Shown in pieces: positions 9,027-19,600 of a stretch of DNA of 26,438 nucleotides. The translations under genes and the position numbers were made by a program. The notes under the pieces were generated by a model. It was not told where the DNA came from. It did no database searches and worked only from the letters and a program-made list of their open reading frames with translations. Every line of letters begins with the position of its first letter. Positions within the stretch are counted from its first letter, which is position 1. Origin of the DNA: a virus (Duplodnaviria > Caudoviricetes); the IMG/VR virus record IMGVR_UViG_3300030708_002090, positions 1 through 26,438 of that record. One strand, written 5' to 3'.

Positions 9027-10577
9027 TTAGAACTGCAGTATGACTTTAATATCTTCCTTTTGATTAGAAGACCTGGTAATAGCGGGACGGTTGTCAACGT
9101 AAATTATATCTCCAGAATATTTTTCAACCTCTGGATTTGACAAACCATTCGTAAATGATTGACCAAGGTAATATGTTCTATTATTTAGAGTGGTTGACAG
9201 ACCGCTGAAAGTAGTTGCAATATTCAATCCAGAGGTAGTTCCAACAATTTCAATACTTCCATTTCCAGTTACAGTAGAAGAAAAACGTGTCAAATTATAT
9301 CCATATACTGGATTAGTTTGTGCAGTTCCTACAGTATTAAATCCTGCCAGAGTTCTATCTTGCCAATACTTTAAAACACCAGTAACTTGGTCATAATTAA
9401 TAACCTTTCCAACTGCTGTTACCCCAGTTCCAACTGTTTGTTCAATTAAAGAGTCTGCAGTAAATGTTGCCGAGCTATATCCAGCGCCAGTTAATCTAAT
9501 TGCATAAACAGCACTTGCTTTTGACAATGTGAGAGTGGAAGTTGAATTATATGCCTTTGGATTTTTAACAATTCCAATTCTTGCAATTTGATTGCCAGTG
9601 ATAAAATCTGGATTTTCATCATCATTTTCAATTCTGGCATAGAGAAGTGCATTTGATGCACCAAGTTCTCTATAGATATCTTTTCCGTGGCCACCTGGAG
9701 GTGAAATAATAACATCAAGAGATGGAATTGTAGTTCCAGTTGGGACACCACCAGCGACTAAATCTACGTTCCCAAAACTATAATCTTTACCTTGATTTGA
9801 AACGGTTACACTATCAACTTGTTGATCATTATTAATTACAACAGTACATTCGGCACCACTTCCATCACCTTTAATTGGCACTCTAGTATAAGTTCTATTC
9901 GCAGTTCCTAATCCAACTCCCCTGTTCTTGATGATGACTGTTTTAATACTACCATCAATAGCATTATCTCTGACAGCAGCATTTTCAGTGCTAGTTTCCC
10001 AATCTAGAGGAACTGGCATATAGTCTGTAGAATCAAACTTGATCAGTTCCGATGGTTTAATCGTATAAAGATATTTCCAAATATATCCATCTCCACTAGT
10101 TCCAGCAGCTCTTGGTTCTAAGTCAGTAAAAGTTGGCTCATCAAGAGATGGTCTACCATCTGGATTTTCTGGATTCTCTCCATTATCCAAGCAGATATAA
10201 ACTCGATAGTCGCTATTGACAATGAAGTAATTTGCGGAATATAAAGCAGTTCCACTAGCATTTGATGGAACATTAGTAACACTATAGTCATGTCTATAGT
10301 AATCATATGTTGTCCCAGAAGACCAATTGATTTTTCTTACTACTTGTTTTACATCTTCGTTCGTTATCTTCTTCATTGCGATGGTTGTGTCCCAAACATC
10401 GTTCAATGAACTAAAATTATCAGTTGGCCCAGGGGGATCATCATCCCAATCTGACTGAATACTTGTAGGATTGGGTAATCCGACAAACGCATAATAAGAA
10501 TTATCAGATGTCGTCACACCCGCTACAAAATTCTTTGCATTCAATATTCTGATCTGATCAGTTATAATTGCAGCCAT
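9027..10577 (-). CDS. gp8: Baseplate wedge subunit gp8 (516 aa)
   Basis: MAAIITDQIRILNAKNF start, W.SGTTYD.YRHDY, YRVYICLDN, DGYIWKYLYTI, PPGGHG, and C-terminal YSGDIIYVDNRPAITRSSNQKEDIKVILQF are typical gp8 motifs; follows gp7. Confidence 0.95.
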   Translation of the reverse strand: MAAIITDQIRILNAKNFVAGVTTSDNSYYAFVGLPNPTSIQSDWDDDPPGPTDNFSSLNDVWDTTIAMKKITNEDVKQVVRKINWSSGTTYDYYRHDYSVTNVPSNASGTALYSANYFIVNSDYRVYICLDNGENPENPDGRPSLDEPTFTDLEPRAAGTSGDGYIWKYLYTIKPSELIKFDSTDYMPVPLDWETSTENAAVRDNAIDGSIKTVIIKNRGVGLGTANRTYTRVPIKGDGSGAECTVVINNDQQVDSVTVSNQGKDYSFGNVDLVAGGVPTGTTIPSLDVIISPPGGHGKDIYRELGASNALLYARIENDDENPDFITGNQIARIGIVKNPKAYNSTSTLTLSKASAVYAIRLTGAGYSSATFTADSLIEQTVGTGVTAVGKVINYDQVTGVLKYWQDRTLAGFNTVGTAQTNPVYGYNLTRFSSTVTGNGSIEIVGTTSGLNIATTFSGLSTTLNNRTYYLGQSFTNGLSNPEVEKYSGDIIYVDNRPAITRSSNQKEDIKVILQF

Positions 10578-10594
10578 TTTAGTAGATTTTTCTT

Positions 10595-10601
10595 TATTTA
10601 G
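10595..10601 (-). promoter_or_regulatory. Putative late promoter (CTAAATA) for gp8 and downstream genes
   Basis: CTAAATA lies in the 30-nt gp7-gp8 spacer, 17 nt upstream of the gp8 ATG. Confidence 0.7.
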
Positions 10602-10607
10602 TAGGAA

Positions 10608-13600
10608 TTACGTAGAGTAACTTTTAACTTTTAAGGATTTTGTTCTATTGACAACAGGTCCAGTCTCAATACCAGTGATACCATTTGAAGTATTCACTGT
10701 ATATTCTTGATCTTTGTTTCTATCGGTAAGTATCAGTTTACCCCAGCTATATTCGCCATAGAAACTACTTGCCGCTAAACCAGTTAGTCCATTCAAACTA
10801 TTTACACTCACAACAACCTGAGTCACTGTAGTTGAACCAAATCCTGGAGTATCTGTTGAAACACCAGTGGTAACATGAGCAGCTCTAAAGACACCATCAA
10901 TAAATGATGTACCAATACCAACAACTCCGTTACTATCATCTAAAGACGTTACACCATGACCAACATTTGAATTTCTGATAGTAAAGAGATCACCTGTACC
11001 AATTCCGCTAGCAGTGATGGCGGATGGTTGAGTAATATCAGCATTTCTTAGGAATGAATCAACAGGAATAACGAGATCAAGTACAAGACCTGTTACAGCA
11101 ACTCCTGCAAGTGATGTTGTTCCAATACCAGTAATAATACCAAAGTCTCCAGAATAAGAATCAATTGTATTTGTTTCTGTCAAGAATGTTGGAGGTCCAA
11201 TAAGAACAAGAGGATGTGTTGTTTGTGCATATCCAACTCCACCAGTGTCAACAGAAATAGAAGTTACCGTTCCGCCAGAAATTGTTGCGGTAGCTGTTGC
11301 TCTTTGTGTTGTTCCCAATCCAACTGGATTTTGAATAGAAACGAGAGGAGCACTAGTGTAACCTTTACCACCCTCAGAAATAACAATAGAGGTAACTGTA
11401 GTTCCAACTCCTACAACTGCGGTTGCTGCTGCCGAAACTTTCTCCGACTTGTCAATAATTACAATATCTTTTTGGAAGTCGGTATTGACTTTGTTTTCAT
11501 TTTTAGCATTAAAGAATGGTCTTACATTGTCAACATTAACGATTGTTGAACCAATACCGACAGACTTAAGGAGATATGCTGTTGGGAAAATATTAGCATT
11601 ATAGAGTTCTCTATTCTTACTAATTTCCTTACCACCAACAATTCTATCTTCGATTTGTCTACACCATTTAACTGGTCTAGTCATTCTGGTATTAGAACTC
11701 AAACCACGTCCATCATATGGATTAGTATCAACAGAACTTGTAGAGGTAACTTCACTGACTGTACGAGTATCTTCCTCTAAGAACCTAGTTTGATTAAGAT
11801 CGAAAGGAGTCTGTTTGAGATCACGATCATATCCAATTGTTAAATCATCGCCAACTTTAACAGTTTCAATAACTTCTCTGTCAATAACATCAGCACCGCC
11901 AGTTCCTCTGTAGAATATAATTTTAAATAAATCTTCAGATTTAGGAGCTTCTTCAAAGGTTATATTACTACCACCTTCAAAGAAATATGCTTCGCCTGGA
12001 ACTTGTAAAATATCATTAACAAAAATAAGTAGGGTATCTTGAACTTTTACCAGAGATCCGGGCAGTGATTGAATAGAGAATGCATTACCATTCAAAGTAA
12101 TTGGGAATGTTTTTCTAACCCCATTAAAGAGGTTAGAGAAATCATCAAGAACTTGAAGTTGTCCAATAGACCATGCTGTGAATATATCACCATCGGTCTC
12201 TTGAATGGTTAATTTAAATTCTTCAAAATCGGAAGAAGATGTTGTCGGAATACCAGTTGTCCCTCCAATTGGAAGAGTTAATATTTGATTAACTCCATAA
12301 CCAAACCCAAGATTCGATAGATTAAATTCAATTATACTAGATCCTTGACCAACTACAACGTCAATCCTTGCTTGCTCTCCACCAGTTCCTGGAGAATCTG
12401 AAGAATATGAGAGTGGAATATTATCATAATTTAGAGGTGCATCAAAGACCACGTATGGTGGATTCGTAGTCGTGTAACCAGCACCAGGATTTGTGATTGC
12501 GACACTAACGATATGACCGCCACTTATCGCAGCAGTTCCTATAAATTCAATATTCGCTGTTCCAGTTGAAGATGTGCCGACACCAACATTCACTGTTTGA
12601 ATTCCACTTCTATATCCAGAACCAGTATTTCCAATTGAAATTGATGTAATTGTACCCGCAGCGGAAACAACAGCCGTTCCTCCTGCAGACACAAGTGGTT
12701 GATAACCAAATCCTGCAGAAGAACCAACAGAAATAATAACACCACCCACAGGAATGTTCGCATTATTAACATCGTAAGTAACAGAACTTGCAGTTCCAGT
12801 AAATCTTACAGATGAAATACCACTACCTTCTGAGAGGGTATAATCACCATTAGCTGCTGGTTCTTGGAATATACTGTTGATTAATAATATAGCATTATTT
12901 GTTGCCACACCTGTTACGTTAGTCCCGTTATCTACAGTTAGTTTGAAATCTCTGAGTTGACCAGTAAATTGTTGCGAAATATCATCGTAGAGATAATTAT
13001 CAGCATAAGTTTCTTCAGAACCTCCAACTACACCTGATCTCATAAAGACTCTTCCATTGAAACTTGCTGATGTTGTTATACCAGTGAAATCTCTTTCATT
13101 TGGTGGATTAGTTGCAGTTCCAATCGGATTTTTACCGTTTGGTGCCTCAATAAAATTGAGTTTATTATCAACAATATTATAGTTGCCTCTAATTTTGGTA
13201 ATCAGTGCGCCAGTTGAGTGTCCAACAATATTGGTTCCCATCCACCCTCTTTGAACTCTAACTGCATTAGTGCTTCCGATACCAACACCCATGATCTTCA
13301 TGATTTCGCCAGTATCTGCAGCTCCAACTCGGATATAATCAGCTCCAAAGAATGAAGTTATTCCAGAGAATTTTATAAGATCTGTTGTAATGATAGCATC
13401 ATCAGCAAGAGTAGTAGTTACTGAAGTTCCAGCGACTGGAGATTGAATAACATTATCAATCGAGATAAGAACCTTCTGATTTTGATTCTTTGCTGTGAAA
13501 CTATGTGAAGTTCCAACACCAACGCTAGTGAAATCTAGAGGAACTGCGATTTTCTTGAGAGCATCTTCCGCAGATCTTGCTAATTTAATTTTATTGTCAC

Positions 13601-16600
13601 TTTGTTTAATTACAAACACAGATGATGGTAATTGAGTTGTAGATCCAACACCAACGAATGTTGTTCTTGCAATACCGATTGCATGGGTTCCAAGTCCAGT
13701 AGAGGGAGCATATACTAATTCTTCACCAGTGACAAAGAAGTGATTTGGAATTGTGAGAGTGTTTTCCGACAGATCAACAATATCTGTAGAAGAACCATCA
13801 ATATTTCTTTTAAAGATATCTAAGGAGTTGTGTTGTAGATTAAAGTCTCTCTTAATTGAATTTTGAGTTCCTACATATATTCCTAATCCATTTTCAATAG
13901 TAGCATTTTCTCCAAATGTAATTTGAGCTTCTCCGCCCTCTGATCTACCACCAGGAGTTACTGAAGTATTCTCCTCAGGTCTTAGTGCATTCATATATGT
14001 TTTAACTTCAATATCAGCACCAGCATCTGGTGTGAAAGTTACCTCAGTGTAATTTAATCCATCACCAGATCTTCTTGCGCTGATTGTACCAAGTCCTACA
14101 AAAGCACCAGATCCAATCTGAGTATTTCCATATTCCACAACATTAACGGTTTCTGGAGATTCATCATTATAGTCATCAATAATAATTACCTCTGATACCT
14201 CATATCTTCCATTAGTCGTATCAGACACTTGTACGAAACAATATGCAGCATCATAGTGATCAGAATAACTTGCAACACCAACTGCAACTGGCATTGTTGT
14301 AGATGCAATAGAGGTAGATTTGGCTTCAATTGAACTAAATGACAATTCATACGTGCCAATACCAGTATAATCTTCAGATGATAATCCAACAGTTATCGTG
14401 TTAACACTTGCAGTGGTTATACCTGCATCTGGAGTATAATTTAGAGTGAGTGTAGAGTCACTAGCAACAGACGCACCAAATGTTCCAATATTCCCTTGAC
14501 TTGAGAATGCATCTAAAGAGTGAATTGTTAACTGACCATATTCCATTAATTGAACATCAGTCCCATCATGAATTAAAGTCACCTCATCATATTCAACACT
14601 ACCGTCATCTGTTTGAACAGTGACAAGGACTTTCGCAGATCTCGCTCCTGTTGTAGTGGTTCCAATTCCTGCTAAAGTAACAATGTCAGCAGTGGCCCCT
14701 CCAGCAATTTCAACTGCAGAAGATGCAATGCTTACCAAACCACCAGTAAATCCATCAGATTCTCCAATAACTGTGCTTCCGATAGAAACAGATTCAGTTC
14801 CAAGCCCTAATGTATTTGCATCAGTGTTATAAGAGAAAAGAACAACATTATAGTCATTAAGTGTAAATTTATTTGGATAATATCTGAGAACAGACTCTGT
14901 GCCTTCTACGACGTAATCAAAATTACCTAAGTCCAATACAGTGTTAATATCACCATATTGATTAATCATAGAGAATCCTCTACCACTATCATGAAGACCA
15001 TTAACTATGGAAATCTGTCTTTCTCCAGTAAAAGTTCGATCTTGAACATAGGCGATAAACCTTTGTGATCTACCGTCAGTTAATCTCTGTCTAAAGACTT
15101 CAGAATATGGAGTGCTTCTCGCATTGTTATTAAACGTATCACTGAAATCATCAATTGTCAGAACTCTATTACCAACTGATTCTGCAAAATCAGTTAAAAG
15201 TCTGCTGGCAAAATTAATTTCATCAGAATAATTTCTAGAACTACCTGTTAAGAAATTCTCAGAGACAAGATCAAAGTTATCTACACAATTCAAACTTTCT
15301 GATCCAATAAGATCAATAACTCTAGTTACCTCTTGATCTGCAATGGGTTTTAATGTTGTTGAAGATTCTGTTGGTAATGCAGATTCAATCTGTAGATTTC
15401 CATATTTTCTAAATCCAGCTGCATGGTTAATTGTAGATACTACATCTTTCCAGTCGTCAAATTCAACTTTTGATTTAATCGAATATGAAAAACTTTGATA
15501 ATATTCATTATCATGAATTCTTTGAGATTCCTTATTCAAGAATCCTTTTTCATATTCCCAACCATTATCTACAATAGAGAAATAATCTAGATCGTAACTA
15601 GTTTCAAAAGAAACTTTTTCTTTGACTATTCCTTTACTGCCAGTTTGCAATGAAGTAACTGTTTCACCAACTTCAAAATCATCAGAACTTTCTATGACCA
15701 AATATTTGCTGTCAATATCCCATTCAAAGACCTCAGCAATATCGCCACCATCATTTGTTACATCTTCACCTTTCTGGAAAACATTTGTTTTAAGTGTGGA
15801 TGCAAACTGTGGGAAATCTCTTTCTCTGACCAAAATTCCAGTGGAATTAGCAGCATCAAAAACACCAGGTTCTCCTTCTCCTCCATTTAAATAGTCAGAC
15901 AAACTAAAGGTTACAACACCAACTGAGCTTAAATTTTGAAATACCTCAGTAATTTCAAATCTTGCATAATCATAATTTTCTGAATTAAATCCGAGTCCGG
16001 TGGAACCAACACCAACACTAGTTCCCTCAACTAAAACTTTATCACCAACCTCAAGTGGGAAGGTATCGTTTGTACTAAACGCATCCTTAAGGGTTACTGT
16101 CACCTCTTGGGTTGAAGAATTATAAACAAAATTCTTAGCTCTAATGCCATTTGGGTTTCCAACAGGAATGATGGTAGGTTCAGTATTAGACAAAGAGTTA
16201 GTGTTTTCTAAAATATCAACGGTATCTTGACCAAGAACAAACTGAAGTTTAACTCCGGGAATTGTTTTCTTAGTTCTACCATCAACAACAACTAAACTTG
16301 GTGCAGTGTTATATCCTCTTCCGAAAGATGTAACTCCAATAGATTCAAATCCAGTCAAAGGATCAATCTTAAGAGTTTGTGGGAAGTTTGCTGTGGGTCT
16401 CAGAGTTAGATCAGATGGATAATCAAATCCAATATTTTTCACCGTCAGTTTTTCAACTTTTCCGATTGTCGTGCTTCCTGGTTCAAGTATTGCACCAGAT
16501 CCTAAACTTGTTCTAATAGTTGTGATTCCAGGAACCTCAGTATAACCAGCACCCTTGTCTGTTAACTTAACCTCAGCAATTGAGCCATATGCAGTAGTTG

Positions 16601-19600
16601 ACTTAGTATCAAACGACATGGCAGCAGTTGCAGAAGTATATGAAGATGCTTCTGGAACAGAGTTGACATCATATTTAAAAGTATTTTCTGAGATTACAAT
16701 CGCACTATGGTCTCCATTGTAAACACTATTTTGTATTAACAGTGTAGAATCATTTTCTAAATTATTATCTACAACAATCTCTCTATTTACAACTGGATTA
16801 TTAAGATCCAGAATGGGGTCTAACTTATAGTAGAGAATACTAGGCGTATTTTGTTTTAATCTTAAGGTAACTTTCGCATCAGATGTAACTCCGATGGTTC
16901 CAGTTTTTGATACATCAAATTTATTATCATCATTAACAGATCCTGCGCTCACATATTCCTGTTCAAAATTACTGTCGTAGTAGAATTTTAAATCAAATGC
17001 AGCGTAACTAGTTGCATTCTGACTGTAAGACAATGTAGAGTCTGACAAATCAAAATTAACGATAGAATTTTTATAGAGTTTGATTGGAGGGTTGACTGGG
17101 AAAATTTCTCCGTTAGATGCTGATATAATTCCGACAAAATTTGGAAGAGACTTAGTAGTTTGGAATTTATCTAAAGTCAATCTAATAGTATCTTTGTCAA
17201 CCACATACGCAAAATACTCTTTATCCGATTCTAATCCTTCAGCAGGATTATCAGAAATGTGTATTACTTTTTGACCAGTTACAAGACCATGATCGGATAT
17301 AGAAATAGAATTTGGTATTTCAGCACTCCCGGTTGCAACGCTAGTGGTAATACCACCAGTAGTAAAGGCCAATCCTGTGGAAATTGCTTTTCTGTTTGCC
17401 TTATTATAAATTAGACTCTTAGTTACCGCATTTTTAAGATCTACATTAATGGAAACAATGTCACCATTAGTCAAACCATGAGTGCTTGCCGCAGAAACAG
17501 TTACTGAATTTTTCTCAACAGTTCCTCTTATGACTCTAGGATAAACGGTTTTTAGACTATGATAGACACCAGTTCCAATTCCAAGGAAGAATACAAGGCC
17601 TTGATGGGACGTTGAAGAAGCAGAACCAACAAACTTTCCAAGAGTGCTGAGACCAACTTTAACCGTCGATAGTCCAACAAAATCAACACCTAAATTAGCA
17701 ACAAACAACTCTGAGTGCTGGGACAATAAATTAGTATTAGGATTTGTTACTCCATTACCAACAACAGGATGAGTTGCGATACCAATTGAAGATCCAGTAT
17801 TAGTTTGATAAGTTACTACATCTCCAGTTTCTAATCTATGATTTGGCAAATATATTGCTTGAGTAGGAACAAATATTTGAGTTGCACCAGCTCCTGGATT
17901 CGTAATTCCTAAAGTTGTACCGATTCCCACTCCCGTACTTCCACTTTGAGCAAGACCAACTGCCTCTGCAGGATTAAAATAATACTCTGTGTTGATTTTG
18001 TTGGTAAAAGCAGTGTTAACTCCAACAGCAGAGAAGAAAAGTTTTCTAGGCAGATCTTCTATGACAGTCGTAGCTGTATGTGAAGTTCCAGTTGTAGAAT
18101 TTTCTTGCCTTAAAACTCTTAATCTAGAAGAGGCTCTATCAACATTAAGAATACGAACATTTTCATCACCAACTTTGAAAATGTCGTTTTCTTTGATATT
18201 TAAACTACCAACAACAGAGAAATAAGTTACTATTCCGGTAGTAGCAACATTATCAACTGCTTTTGAAAGTGATAACTTAGTTGTGCTGACACCAACCTTG
18301 ATAGACGTGTCAAGAAGAGAAGAACTTGTAGTTATTCCTGTTATCTGAACAATATCATTATTATCAAGATTATGGGAAACCGTGCTTATGCCTAAGAAAG
18401 AGTCTCCACTAGCAGCATAAAATTCAACATTCCTTAAATTAGTTGTTACTACACTTATTGTTGAAATTCCAGGGCCAACGACCTTCGTTACTCTTGCATT
18501 GGCAACAAAACTACTATCAATTTCTTTGTCAAAAACAACTTTATCATTAACTCTATAATTTTGACCACCTGTCAAAATTCCTAAAGAGTCAACAGAACCT
18601 TTCTTGACAAAATTGATTACAGAATCTTGATCTATATCTTTATAAGAAGTCTTTGTATAAACATATCCGCTATTTTTATTAGAAATAGAATATGGATAAG
18701 TATTTCTAATCCAAGTAGTTTTATTTAAATCAATTTCATCTTGATTCGACTGTTTTTGAGTGTTGAATGGGTTTGGCTTTGAATTAAAGTTTTCCCCAAT
18801 TAAGTATGGGAATACTGGTTTTTTAAAATTCTTAAATACGCCATCAGATGATGGAACAGATTCGAGAGTTGCAAAATATGCATAAGTTCCGTTTGGATAC
18901 TCTGGAGTTACGCAAAATCTTCCATTATTTTTATCAAGATAAGACTCATCATCATAATCTAAGAAAAGAAAATCTTCAATAAAGAATTCGGGTGGGAACT
19001 CACTTGTAGGAGGTCTTCCTGTTCTTAAATTTAATGTATATCCAGATTTTAATTGAGTAATAGAACCACCTGATGCTTCTGCATATCCAAAAGGACCATA
19101 AATTGGGTGACCATCATAAGCCCATCCAATAATTGGCGAGTGTGCATCGATATTTGCTTCAGTGTTGTTTGATATGGTTAAATCCTTTTTACCAAACAGA
19201 ATTTTGCCGTCTGAACTTGACGCATATAAGATTTTTCTAAGTTCTCTTGGTGCGTAAGTATAAGAACACTGAAGTCCTAAATCTTTGTTTGTTGGGGTAG
19301 ATATAGTAACATCATCTGAGTTTACATTTGCAAGATTTTTTCTAAATGAGTTAACTCTCCAAGATTGAATATTTGTTTTAAAGTTTGCAAATTTTCCAGA
19401 TTTGATTACCTCAAGAGACGTTGTTGAAGAACCATATCCAATTCCAGATTTAGTAACCTTAGCTGATATGATTGTGCCAACAGAATTAGTTTCAGCAACA
19501 ACTTCAGCACCAGTGCCAATTCCAATAATTTTTATCTCTGGTGTCGAATTATAGTCTGATCCACCAGCACTAACAACAACATCTACTATTCTTCCATTAA

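Noticed and set aside
3296-14389. Short alternative-frame minus-strand ORFs (3296-3484, 4538-4759, 5873-6061, 7544-7738, 8906-9097, 9491-9751, 10118-10306, 12590-12772, 14186-14389)
   Set aside because: Nested out of frame in large genes, with the Leu/Gln/Met-rich composition typical of shifted frames; no supporting signals.
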